This document shows positions 40,830 through 50,463 of a stretch of DNA of 64,000 bases, piece by piece. The position numbers were made by a program, and so were the translations under genes. Source of the DNA: Lentisphaerae bacterium GWF2_57_35 (GTDB taxonomy: Bacteria; Verrucomicrobiota; Kiritimatiellia; CAIQIC01; GWF2-57-35). The number at the start of each line of letters is the position of its first letter. The first letter of the stretch is position 1. The stretch spans positions 75,636-139,635 of the forward strand of contig MHBK01000051.1 of NCBI GenBank assembly GCA_001804865.1, given 5' to 3'. A model generated the notes under the pieces. It made no database searches, was not told the DNA's origin, and was given only the letters and a program-made list of their open reading frames with translations.

Positions 40830-43800
40830 ATGTTCAAAGTAAAAACCATTCTTCTCGCCGTCTTGCTAGCTACAATATGCTATATGCCAAGCTCTTATGC
40901 TCAGACTTCCGTTTGGAGCGGGATGGCGGTGGTCGGGCAATTTAATGGCTGGCATACCACACCTAATATGATGCTCATCGCCAATAACACATGGCAATCA
41001 GAACATCAGCTATTTGTTGCTTCGAACCAGTTCAAGTTTGTCGCCAACAACAATTGGGTAAATCAATGGGGCGATACGAATCAAAGCATGAGACAAGTTC
41101 CCATTACAGGGATAGCCGAAGCTGTTGGTGGACACGACATTGTCATCACAAACGCGATACCTGGTCGCTATCTCTTTACCTTTGATGCTTCCACTCGGGA
41201 GTATAGCATCCAACGTCTTTACACCGATGCTTCCGGTGTAAATATAATTCAAAACTCCAATTTCGAACAAGCCGGCACTGCGCGTGAACGAGCCTCTCAT
41301 TGGCAATGGGGCTCTCCTGACAACCATGGCGGATACTGGTCCGATAACGCTCAACGCCAAGACTTTCGACGGCATAGTGGAACTTGGGCGGGGACCCTAT
41401 GCTCGCAACCAGTAACAAATGGCGACAAAGCTGGCGGTTGGTGGCAAGAAGGGCCGGCCACACCCGACCTGCAATACAAAGCCGCCGCTTGGTTTTGGGC
41501 GGACCCTACCTGGACGGCCGGCTCGATGATGATGAAGCTCGAATTCTATGACACCAACCAAACGTTGATAACTTATGCGTCCACATCGATCGACAGCATC
41601 ACGAACACCACCTGGAGAAAGCGACAACTCACCGCCGTCGCGCCCGCTAAGACCGCATGGGCACGAGTGGTAATCTTCATGACCGAAGTGGGCACTCAAG
41701 GTGCGATATGGTTCGACGACGTCGAATTGCGTCGCTATTCGACGCGCGAGCAGGATTTCAACTATTGGACCTCGTTTACAAACGAGTCCTGTCACAGCCT
41801 CGATTGGGAACTGTGTCCAGGACATGCAGAATACAACACCATCCCTCCCGAATCCCAAGCAGGCGTCTTCATGTCCGAATATGTCGAGGGCAGCAGCCAG
41901 AACAAAGCCATTGAGGTTTTCAATGGCTCAACCAATTCGATTGATCTTTCCACTACCTTCTACTATTTGCAGGGCTATAATAATGGCAGCCTCACCCCCA
42001 CCTACACCGTGCGACTCACCAATGGCATCATAGCTCCACAAGCCGTTTATATCGTTGCAAACCCATCGGCAAGCGCGGACATCCGCACCAATGCCAGTCA
42101 ACTTTATGGCTTAACCTTCAGCGGAGACGATTCGATTCTGCTGCGGCGCGACTCCAGCAGCGGCCCGATCATCGACCGGTTCGGTCGCGTCGGAGAAACT
42201 CCGGGCGCCGCCGGCTGGAACAGCATAACGACAGACCATACGCTAAGACGCAAAGCCACCGTCCGAAATGGCGATACGAATTATCTCGGGGCGTTTGACC
42301 CAAGCATTGAATGGGACGTATATCCCAAAGACGACTCCATTGGGTTAGGATTTCACCTGCTGGGACCTGGACCTGGCGGCTATACACCCAGCGGCCTCAG
42401 CGCATCTCTAGCCACCAACATCGGCAGCTTCCTGCAATCCGGAGATCTTTCCGATGGCGGGATCGGAACGGTTAGCTTCTGGTATAAGGCCGTCACCAAT
42501 ACGCCAGTCATGAATTATGCTATTCAAACCTCGCCGGATGGCACAGCCTGGACCGATGCCGGTTATATGGTGGACGTGAGCAGCACTTCATTCGAGTATT
42601 ATTCTCTCTACATCAACAAACCCGAGCATCGCTATGTGCGCCTGTACCACCTCGACGGCACTAATCGGCTGCTGATAGACGACATTCAGGTGGCCTACCC
42701 CAACACCGTACGGCGAACGGAGGATTTCAACATGTGGGATAGCCCCACCTATATAACCGAAGGCAACTATTCATTTAATGGTTGGTCGGTAAGCAACGCC
42801 AAAATTTCATCCGCTTACGCCCACGACAAAATCCTTTGCGCCTATGTAGCCACGAACGGATCCATTCAATCGCCCCTGCTGCCGGAAGGCGCCGGCGCCG
42901 TCAGCTTTTGGCTGCAAAGCCTGGCGAGCACTTCCCCCGTCGACATCAACGTGGAATTCTCGTCAGACGGCATCAACTGGACTACGGAACGGAGCATAAC
43001 GCATCCCAATAATCTTAGCGCTTTTTATTCCATATATGCCTATGCAACAAACCCGACCTACGTGCGGCTTTTCTACGTGGATAACCCAGATTATCCGAAC
43101 CACCCCTATGCCCTTTTCGATCAAGTCGAAGTCAGGCTTCCTGTTGTATATCGCTCTCAGAATTTCAACTCCTGGCCGCGACAAACCAGCTATTCGGATT
43201 CCGAATACCAAGGATGGTCGGTTCACGGGGCTGTAATCGGCACGTCCAATGCCCTGTCAGGTTTTTCTGCCCGTCTTGATAACACCTTCAGCAACCATGC
43301 TACGATCCGCACCCCGCGTTTTCAGGATGGCATCGGAACCATTACATTCCAGTATCGCAAATGGAGTGAATCCGAAACTGATCCACGGTATGAAATTCAA
43401 GTGTCAACCAATGGATCCGCATGGAATACCATCACCAACATGCTCATTACCAATGCAAGCTGGCAGGCCTTTTCCTTGTATTATTATAGCTACAGCAACC
43501 AATATCTACGCTTCTACCATCTTAGCGGAGCAGGACGGGCATTGTTCGATGAAATCAACATCGCCGTCCCCACGCCTCCGGCCAACGTGGAACTTTCCGC
43601 CTGGGTCGATCCGCAAGCCCCCTTCACCAATGATACGCCTCACATCATGTCCAGCGCCTATCCTTCGTATGGGGCTCAAAATATCAGTGTGACCGGTTAT
43701 TACCGCCTGGGAACCGCTGGAGCATTTACCGCCACCTCCCTGCAGTTGACGAACTACGTCCTCTATCGCAGCATGACCACCCTGCCGCCGCAACCGCCGG

Positions 43801-44741
43801 GAAGCGTCGTCCAATACTATATTCAATCCACCTTTAACGGTCCGGGGTCCTACCTGACCTCGCCCCAAACCTATCCCAGCAGCGGAACCAATGCGCCGTT
43901 AAGTTATACCGTACCACGCAGCCGGTCCGGACAGGTGTGGATCAATGAGCTTAGCTACATCAATTACTGGGAAGCCTTCTGGGATACCAATGAATTCATT
44001 GAACTTTGCGGACCAGCAGGCATGGATATTAGCGGCTGGACGATTGAATTGGTTTATGGAGATCAAGTCACTAATGCAACGGTCAATGGATACGCCCATT
44101 ATCGCGTACCCAATGGCATCATACTCAATGATGAGACAAATGGATTCGGGTTTTACACCGTTGGGGATGTTCAGTGGGGCGAATTGATGGATCAATATTT
44201 CACAAATCTAACTAAAGAGGGTTGGGCCGAGAATAATTTTGCCGATGGCAATCCAGATGGTGTCCGAATATGTAATGAAGTGGGCGGCATCGAATATGCA
44301 TTGTCATATGGAGGCTATATCCCAAACTTTCAACGTATCGTGCAGAACCAAACTTGGGAAACAGTATTAATGCTAGCGCTTAAAGGCACAGGATCGGTCT
44401 TCACCAATTTCACATTTGCATTAACCAATGGAACTCCGGGGAGAATTAATGCAGGGCAAACACTGATCCCGCCTCCCGAACCGCCTGAGTATCCTCCTAC
44501 GGTGGATCTTGTCAGAGTTGTAATAGGCACTAACATTACGATCACAGCATACGGGAACACAAACTCGCCCTCATGGGCAGTGCAACCCTACTACACCACG
44601 AATCTACCGTTAAACAATCCGCAGTGGCTCGCCGTCTCGCCATTCTTCAGCACCTATGCCGGAGGAACAAACGTCATCTGGTTTGACCGGCATACTAATG
44701 GACAAGTGTACTTCTACCGGGTGCTGCTAACGAAGCCGTAA
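40830..44741 (+). CDS. Large secreted surface protein with two lamin-tail domains (LTD)
   Basis: Signal peptide 'MFKVKTILLAVLLATICYMPSSYAQ'. LTD-like blocks 'AGVFMSEYVEGSSQNKAIEVFNGSTNSIDLSTTFYYLQGYNNGS' and 'SGQVWINELSYINYWEAFWDTNEFIELCGPAGMDISGWTIELVYGD'. The codon usage is visibly AT-richer than the core. Confidence 0.8.
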   Translation: MFKVKTILLAVLLATICYMPSSYAQTSVWSGMAVVGQFNGWHTTPNMMLIANNTWQSEHQLFVASNQFKFVANNNWVNQWGDTNQSMRQVPITGIAEAVGGHDIVITNAIPGRYLFTFDASTREYSIQRLYTDASGVNIIQNSNFEQAGTARERASHWQWGSPDNHGGYWSDNAQRQDFRRHSGTWAGTLCSQPVTNGDKAGGWWQEGPATPDLQYKAAAWFWADPTWTAGSMMMKLEFYDTNQTLITYASTSIDSITNTTWRKRQLTAVAPAKTAWARVVIFMTEVGTQGAIWFDDVELRRYSTREQDFNYWTSFTNESCHSLDWELCPGHAEYNTIPPESQAGVFMSEYVEGSSQNKAIEVFNGSTNSIDLSTTFYYLQGYNNGSLTPTYTVRLTNGIIAPQAVYIVANPSASADIRTNASQLYGLTFSGDDSILLRRDSSSGPIIDRFGRVGETPGAAGWNSITTDHTLRRKATVRNGDTNYLGAFDPSIEWDVYPKDDSIGLGFHLLGPGPGGYTPSGLSASLATNIGSFLQSGDLSDGGIGTVSFWYKAVTNTPVMNYAIQTSPDGTAWTDAGYMVDVSSTSFEYYSLYINKPEHRYVRLYHLDGTNRLLIDDIQVAYPNTVRRTEDFNMWDSPTYITEGNYSFNGWSVSNAKISSAYAHDKILCAYVATNGSIQSPLLPEGAGAVSFWLQSLASTSPVDINVEFSSDGINWTTERSITHPNNLSAFYSIYAYATNPTYVRLFYVDNPDYPNHPYALFDQVEVRLPVVYRSQNFNSWPRQTSYSDSEYQGWSVHGAVIGTSNALSGFSARLDNTFSNHATIRTPRFQDGIGTITFQYRKWSESETDPRYEIQVSTNGSAWNTITNMLITNASWQAFSLYYYSYSNQYLRFYHLSGAGRALFDEINIAVPTPPANVELSAWVDPQAPFTNDTPHIMSSAYPSYGAQNISVTGYYRLGTAGAFTATSLQLTNYVLYRSMTTLPPQPPGSVVQYYIQSTFNGPGSYLTSPQTYPSSGTNAPLSYTVPRSRSGQVWINELSYINYWEAFWDTNEFIELCGPAGMDISGWTIELVYGDQVTNATVNGYAHYRVPNGIILNDETNGFGFYTVGDVQWGELMDQYFTNLTKEGWAENNFADGNPDGVRICNEVGGIEYALSYGGYIPNFQRIVQNQTWETVLMLALKGTGSVFTNFTFALTNGTPGRINAGQTLIPPPEPPEYPPTVDLVRVVIGTNITITAYGNTNSPSWAVQPYYTTNLPLNNPQWLAVSPFFSTYAGGTNVIWFDRHTNGQVYFYRVLLTKP

Positions 44742-45017
44742 AGGAAGAGAAGAGGAGTCCAAAGACCAAGGGGGGCATTTCCGGCGCGTGTCGGCGGCTT
44801 TTGTCATCCAGCTCGTGCGGGACGGAGTGGCGCAACCGGCGCAGACCGCCAAAACGGCGCTGGCCAGAAGAAGTAAGGAACAGCGGATTGGTGACTTTTC
44901 ATTTTCTTGTGGGAGAAAAAAAGGACGGGGGTACATGAAGTAGTTGTTCTCTCCAAGTTGTTATCGACGTAGTGATTCTTTTGTGGCTGAATGGCCGCAG
45001 GTAAAGGGGGTGGGGAA

Positions 45018-46466
45018 ATGGTTCAGAAACTTAAGCGCCTTATGGGGCGTGTGGACGTGCGCTTGTTGGTTCTGTTGGCGATAGGGGTTCTGCTGGGAAC
45101 TTTAACGTGGGCTGCCGTGCAGTTGACGAAGGATCAGACAGACGACTTCGATGCCCGGACGCTCAACACTTGGCGAGATTTGATCACTGAATTCACGGCC
45201 ATCCGCGAAACTGCTTATCCCTTGGTTATACCGGCTCTGCTGCCCGACGAGTCCTCGATAGATTGGGCGGCCCTCCAAAATGACGATCCCGAATGGTATT
45301 GGGATTTTGATGCGGGGACCTATTATTTCGACCCGGGTTCTGAAATCTCCAAGCAGATCCCGCACGATACCGACTTGCTGGTCTATGAAGACATTGCTGA
45401 AGAAGAACTTCTTATCCTGAGCGTGCCGAAGACCTCGGACGCGCCTTACAAAGAAGAAATGGTTTTCCGCGCGATGGCTTGGCCCCAGCCGTCAAAATTC
45501 GAGCGCTACCAACGTTACCTCGACCGCGAACTCTGCAAGCGCCGGATCGCCTGGCACATCACGCTGAAATCCCGCCGCCTGGCCGAGAAGGAAGAAACGC
45601 AACCAAGAATGTCCGCGCTCCTTGAAGAACCGCAGGCATTCCGTCCTGCGAATTCTTCCTCTATGCAAATGATGTCGATGGAGTCTTTAACCGAATTGAA
45701 AATCACCGGCATCAAAAAGATGAGCAACACTTGCGCCATCGAAATATCCTACCCATCGTCGTACTCAGGAACTTCTTGGTCTGTTTTCTCCTATGATATG
45801 CCCGCGTGCGTGTATACCAACGAGAGCGGCGGGAGTGGTGGAAATCCACAGCCCCCCACCAACGAAGCGCCCTGTGAAGGCTGCTCGACCTGCTACACCG
45901 ACCCGGAAAGAAGCTTCGCCGGACTGGACCGCGTCTGGATGCTCTCCGAAAGCAACCTCGTCTTGACCGGCGAGACCAGCACCGTTTGGCTCGATCCCCG
46001 GCCCATGGGCCTGGACACCAACGGCGAGCCCTGCCACCGCACCTATGCGGTGGGAGCCAATGCCGCCGATGAGGACAACGATCAAATCAGTTCGGCTTTT
46101 GAAATTTTCGCTCTCAAAACCAATCCTGCCATTTGGGATTCAGACGGCGACCAGATGCCGGACGGATGGGAACTCGCGAATGGGTTCAATCCGCTAAATT
46201 TTGCGGACGGGGCCTTGGACGCCGATGAAGACGGCTTGGCCAACTTTGAAGAATTTGCCTTGAAAGCGAATCCCCATAACAGCGCCGACGCCGCCAAGCT
46301 GCTGACGGAATCCCGCGCCAGAATCCAATCTTATTGGGCGGCCGTGAAGAATACGCCCTTGGTTTTCACCCATACTCCCGGCTCGCCGGAAGATCTGCTG
46401 GATCTGAAGAATGCCCTGATGGATCTTTCAGGAACCTTTAGCCGGGAAGTGGAGGTGCAACCGTGA
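45018..46466 (+). CDS. Membrane-anchored hypothetical protein with a C-terminal dockerin/TSP3-like double calcium-loop module
   Basis: The RBS 'aaggggg' precedes the internal ATG. Transmembrane segment 'VRLLVLLAIGVLLGTLTWAAV'. 'DSDGDQMPDGWELANGFNPLNFADGALDADEDGLANFEEFALKANP'. Confidence 0.6.
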   Translation: MVQKLKRLMGRVDVRLLVLLAIGVLLGTLTWAAVQLTKDQTDDFDARTLNTWRDLITEFTAIRETAYPLVIPALLPDESSIDWAALQNDDPEWYWDFDAGTYYFDPGSEISKQIPHDTDLLVYEDIAEEELLILSVPKTSDAPYKEEMVFRAMAWPQPSKFERYQRYLDRELCKRRIAWHITLKSRRLAEKEETQPRMSALLEEPQAFRPANSSSMQMMSMESLTELKITGIKKMSNTCAIEISYPSSYSGTSWSVFSYDMPACVYTNESGGSGGNPQPPTNEAPCEGCSTCYTDPERSFAGLDRVWMLSESNLVLTGETSTVWLDPRPMGLDTNGEPCHRTYAVGANAADEDNDQISSAFEIFALKTNPAIWDSDGDQMPDGWELANGFNPLNFADGALDADEDGLANFEEFALKANPHNSADAAKLLTESRARIQSYWAAVKNTPLVFTHTPGSPEDLLDLKNALMDLSGTFSREVEVQP

Positions 46467-48691
46467 AGCACCTTTTTCAAGCCCTCTTTGTAACCGCAGC
46501 CTGCTGTACTCAGACTCTTCAAGCAACGGAAACCAATCTCTATTACCATAACCGTCGCTTCGAACCGGTGGTTTTCAACAATCTGGCCAATCCCACGATC
46601 TATAAGGTGATCCAGGCCGGACGGGAGCTGACCGGCATTGTCGGACCTTTCTCCGTAAAGACTAATTATGCCAATGCCATCGAACGAGAAAGCCTTTCCG
46701 TTGGCATGTCGAACGCCCTGGACGCCTGGAATGCAGTGGTTCAGTGCAACCGATCGTTGCATCACCAAGGCGCCGTTTACGATAATGTCGGTTGGATCAA
46801 AGGAACGACCACCGCGTATGGAGATTGGGGCGGCTATTTCTGGTCGTTGCAGCAGACCATGAATTTCTTCTCCTCCACGTCCGATGTTTATGTCAGCAGC
46901 GCTGGGGTTACCAGCCGCATTGCCCGTGTTCTGGTCGGAAGCATCGGAGACTTTTCTCCTCAAGCTTACTGTTCGGTTGTCTGGCCTTCCATCGACACGA
47001 ATTTCCCCGGAGCGGGCGGCGTGTGGACGGAAGTGGTCTACCGGGCCGACTTCCAGGCCTATTACAAGCTGGCCCTGCCGATCACCCTTCAGCCGAATGT
47101 CAAGGACGGCGATGCCGACGGCATCCCGAATTTCGCCGACGGGTTCAACTGGGATGGAACTCCCGGCAATGCGGACGATCAGACCCCTGGTGAAGAATTC
47201 ATGCCGTGGGACATTACCTTGCCGACCTACGTCAGCGTCACGACCTCGACCTACATTCAAATCAGCTATTCCGCCTCCGATCCTTCCAGCCTGACCCGTT
47301 CAGGTCCTTCGACCAATTATGTGTACACTCCGGCCTCCGGCTTGCTGCGGCTTTGGACGAAACCCGAATCCGATCAACGCGTTCGGCTGGCGGTGACCAA
47401 TGCAGGCCACTTTGTTCCTGCCGCCATTTATGAGGCCACTGCTTTGGGTTTTTCTTCCTCCAAGAGGACCATCACCCTTTACGTGGAAGGCATAAGTCCG
47501 ACAGCCCTGTCCAGCCTATGCCTTGACTTCAGCACCAATCGAACTTATCACAACGGTTACTGGAACTATTATTGGACGTACTTGGATAGAGCTCAGGCGG
47601 AGATCTTTAGAGTAGAACTGCTTTCCGACAAAGCGGTGAATTCACCAAAGGAATTTACCCTTAACCAACCAGTGGATGATTCGTGCGAGTTTGCATACGG
47701 TTCCGACAGCCAACGGCAGGAACTGGAGGAGTTGGAGCAGAAGAAAATTAATTCGTCACTGACCATCTACTTTAAAGATGCATCCGATATTGCGGGCAAT
47801 GTCTTGGATTTCGATGTGATGTTACGTGTCTCGCCAACAAACCTACAAGGTGTTACTTGGGAAAAAGTATGGGGACCTGCAAATTCGGGCACGCTGATTG
47901 ATGCAAACAAAGCCGTTGCTATTTTCAGAAATCCCACCAAGGGCGGAAAATACATTTTTGATGTAACACTGCCGGATGGAGATAAGGTTCGTACACAGCT
48001 CTGGCTTCCAGTAAGCGGCCCAGACATCTCAGAGAATTTCCAAAACGAAGTTGATTATATCAAGTCCGACTGGGGGCCGAGATACCAGAGCAACTTCGGT
48101 GTTCGATATGCGGCATTGGCACCGCCTTTTCTTGAACTCTCTCCGGCTGCCGTCGTTGCCTTCACCTTCAACATGAAGATTGATGATATTTTGAGTTTCG
48201 GTTTGGACATGGACTACATTCTTCAGGCATACATAAACGACATCTGTGGTCTTGCCCATATTGCTGGCCCTAACTTTTCCGCAGGAGACAGAGAACGATT
48301 TACCCTGGCCGGGACTTCAAAACGGTATGTTATTGATTTTGCTAAGCGAAGTAACATGGGGTATGCAATGGCTGCAGCAGAAATCGGTCTTCAAGATATT
48401 ATTATTCTTGATGGCCCAGATCTTTATCTTAAATGGGTTGGGGACGAAGTGGGTTCGAAGGACACGCCTGCCGCTAAGGAGTCATATCGTGCGGGGATCG
48501 ATCTCATCAAGAACGACAAGACGCTCTCGGAGGTTATGGATCAAAGGGGGATTTCAATGCAGGAAGCGAACACGCGTGTTCGCAAGGAATGGCCACAAAT
48601 CAATCTTGCACTGTTTCCGTACATAAAGCTCGAAGATGAAGCACCAGCATACACTAAGCAAAAAATGGAGGCATTGACTGTTTCACCATGA
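46463..48691 (+). CDS. Secreted hypothetical protein (742 aa). There is an abrupt drop in GC within the gene at ~47.5 kb.
   Basis: Signal peptide 'MKHLFQALFVTAACCTQTLQA'. One calcium-loop 'KDGDADGIPNFADGFNWDG'. The start overlaps the upstream stop (GTGA). The C-terminal ~400 aa are encoded by markedly AT-richer DNA. Confidence 0.6.
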   Translation: MKHLFQALFVTAACCTQTLQATETNLYYHNRRFEPVVFNNLANPTIYKVIQAGRELTGIVGPFSVKTNYANAIERESLSVGMSNALDAWNAVVQCNRSLHHQGAVYDNVGWIKGTTTAYGDWGGYFWSLQQTMNFFSSTSDVYVSSAGVTSRIARVLVGSIGDFSPQAYCSVVWPSIDTNFPGAGGVWTEVVYRADFQAYYKLALPITLQPNVKDGDADGIPNFADGFNWDGTPGNADDQTPGEEFMPWDITLPTYVSVTTSTYIQISYSASDPSSLTRSGPSTNYVYTPASGLLRLWTKPESDQRVRLAVTNAGHFVPAAIYEATALGFSSSKRTITLYVEGISPTALSSLCLDFSTNRTYHNGYWNYYWTYLDRAQAEIFRVELLSDKAVNSPKEFTLNQPVDDSCEFAYGSDSQRQELEELEQKKINSSLTIYFKDASDIAGNVLDFDVMLRVSPTNLQGVTWEKVWGPANSGTLIDANKAVAIFRNPTKGGKYIFDVTLPDGDKVRTQLWLPVSGPDISENFQNEVDYIKSDWGPRYQSNFGVRYAALAPPFLELSPAAVVAFTFNMKIDDILSFGLDMDYILQAYINDICGLAHIAGPNFSAGDRERFTLAGTSKRYVIDFAKRSNMGYAMAAAEIGLQDIIILDGPDLYLKWVGDEVGSKDTPAAKESYRAGIDLIKNDKTLSEVMDQRGISMQEANTRVRKEWPQINLALFPYIKLEDEAPAYTKQKMEALTVSP

Positions 48692-49164
48692 AAACTATGA
48701 ATATCATTGTTGCGGTTTTGGGTCTCACTTTCTTGGCCTATTTTGCCGTTGCTGATGACTGTGATGTCCAGCCTTTCGTGGATAACGTGAATCAGGAGTG
48801 GATTGCGCGCGACTATCCGGAAATACTTGCTCTAATTGATGCAAGACTATCAACTTGCACCAATGACATTTTAGCTTTGGGCATAAAAATTGAGTACTTT
48901 GGCTTGGCAGTCGTGAATCTCTCGCAGGCTCGGTCGGCAGCGAGCAACTTCCTCGCTGCTGTTCAGGCCGTAGCCCCAGAAGAAATTACCTCGCCAACGG
49001 CTCTGACACAATACGCAATATCTATTGCTAGCATCACAGTGCCGACAAACTATGTTGATGTTTCGCGTACATCGAACCAAGTGGAATACGTGCACAGGAC
49101 ATACTCTTCGGCGTTCCCTCGTATTGAGCGATACGTGGATTTTGTTGAACGCCTAAATCAATAA
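48688..49164 (+). CDS. Small secreted hypothetical protein (158 aa)
   Basis: Signal peptide 'MKTMNIIVAVLGLTFLAYFAVADD'. The ATGA overlaps the upstream gene. Shares the motif 'SITVPTNYVDVS' with the next gene. Confidence 0.55.
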   Translation: MKTMNIIVAVLGLTFLAYFAVADDCDVQPFVDNVNQEWIARDYPEILALIDARLSTCTNDILALGIKIEYFGLAVVNLSQARSAASNFLAAVQAVAPEEITSPTALTQYAISIASITVPTNYVDVSRTSNQVEYVHRTYSSAFPRIERYVDFVERLNQ

Positions 49165-49175
49165 TCTCTAACCCT

Positions 49176-50372
49176 ATGAAAACGAATAAGCGAAACTTAA
49201 TGATCGGGAATCAAATAGTGACCGCTTGCTGTGGGGTCCTGGCCTTCCTCTCAGTTCCTACGGCCGGTTTTTCTTCTATCCTTCAGGAGCGTCCCGGTCT
49301 CGGACGATGCGAGACGGCCGTTTCGAATATGCTTTGGACTCAGAAAGCCGTCACGGAGCGATGTTGGGCCGCCAATCGCACTCCGCCAATCAATGGTTGC
49401 CGTGACGTGGCGAGTTTAAAAAGCGAAGTGAAACTCGTGGCGCCTAAATTTGTGATTCCCAACGTCAATCCGCAAACATGGCATAATACCGTCTGCAACT
49501 TTCTTCCGGGTCCTCTGGGAAGCGGTTATCTGCCCGTGTATAAGTCGCAACGGCCCGCCAATACGGTTGCCGGATTCTTATCTGCTTTGAGCCTTCCAAC
49601 GAATTATTTGGATGTCTCAAGCTGGCGTGTGGCGGGTTTACAAGATACGAATTGGAATGACGTGATGCGATGTCTTACAAGCTTGCAGAAGACTGTGCAT
49701 GATTCTTCATGGGGTAATGGGGTGGAGAAGACGTATCTTCGATGGGAAGACCAGACCGGATGGAAGGTGGACAATACGACGAGAGCGGTACAAGGTGCAG
49801 GTCCTTATGTCTGTACGAGGACGAGCATCTTTGTTTTGGACGGCTACTGTAACGATTGGACTATTATAAGGGATGCCAACGGGCGCTATACACATGTCAC
49901 CTGTTATGCCTATCAACAAGTCGAAAACTTAACGGCTCAATTGAGCGGAGAGATCAGCCTTTTTGTGTGGATAGGGACAAATCCTTTTTATCATTTTGGC
50001 GATGGAGGCTACCTTCAAGGAAATAGAGCGCGGTTCAATAACTGGTGCTTGAGCAGTAAAGCCACAAACGCAACCAGCGTAGTTTCCTCGGCGATGCTTG
50101 GTTATCAAGATTCGCCGCCCGGCTCGTTTCCGCCTATCCCAACTCCGTCTTGCCGGGGCGATTTGTGTTTGGGGAACAATGCTTACGATCTGTACTCAAG
50201 TCTTGGATGCAACACATCGGAACCGCTCTTGGTCGATTGCATGCCCATTCCTTGCGTATGCGAGTCGCAACGTGATGCCTGGCGCCAATGGTATAACGCT
50301 TTGAACTCAGATTATTTTAATAGCGATGTGCGTCCTTATGCGGTGGTATCGTGGGATTTTACCTATAAATAA
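49176..50372 (+). CDS. Cysteine-rich secreted hypothetical protein (398 aa, ~17 Cys)
   Basis: N-terminal hydrophobic segment 'IVTACCGVLAFLSVPTAG'. Many spaced Cys. Motif 'LSLPTNYLDVS' shared with the 158-aa protein. Confidence 0.55.
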   Translation: MKTNKRNLMIGNQIVTACCGVLAFLSVPTAGFSSILQERPGLGRCETAVSNMLWTQKAVTERCWAANRTPPINGCRDVASLKSEVKLVAPKFVIPNVNPQTWHNTVCNFLPGPLGSGYLPVYKSQRPANTVAGFLSALSLPTNYLDVSSWRVAGLQDTNWNDVMRCLTSLQKTVHDSSWGNGVEKTYLRWEDQTGWKVDNTTRAVQGAGPYVCTRTSIFVLDGYCNDWTIIRDANGRYTHVTCYAYQQVENLTAQLSGEISLFVWIGTNPFYHFGDGGYLQGNRARFNNWCLSSKATNATSVVSSAMLGYQDSPPGSFPPIPTPSCRGDLCLGNNAYDLYSSLGCNTSEPLLVDCMPIPCVCESQRDAWRQWYNALNSDYFNSDVRPYAVVSWDFTYK

Positions 50373-50405
50373 GTGTTAGCAGATCAACCCAACACCTATC
50401 AACAT

Positions 50406-50446
50406 CGAATTCCGAACGACCAAGGTGGGAGGTCATTCGGAATTCG
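50406..50446. terminator. Strong hairpin between the convergent operons; candidate bidirectional terminator
   Basis: 'cgaattccgaacgacc-aaggtggga-ggtcattcggaattcg' gives a 16-bp stem with one mismatch. Confidence 0.45.
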
Positions 50447-50463
50447 GCAATCGGAATTTCTTC

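Noticed and set aside
40378-40842. ORFs on both strands (154 aa on +, 140 aa on -) spanning the 580-bp intergenic region and the hexamer hairpin
   Set aside because: Their translations run straight through the palindromic repeat ('HNLNHNLNRNLHFLIQKEIKITIKIMIM'). Their reading frames mirror each other. There is no RBS or plausible protein features. The region is treated as non-coding and regulatory.
44727-44936. 69-aa minus-strand ORF with a lipoprotein-like hydrophobic stretch 'SLLLLASAVLAVCAGC', preceded by a GGAGAG RBS
   Set aside because: It overlaps the 3' end of the LTD gene on the opposite strand and has an imperfect lipobox and an odd N-region. It could be a real small lipoprotein, but the evidence is too weak to call.
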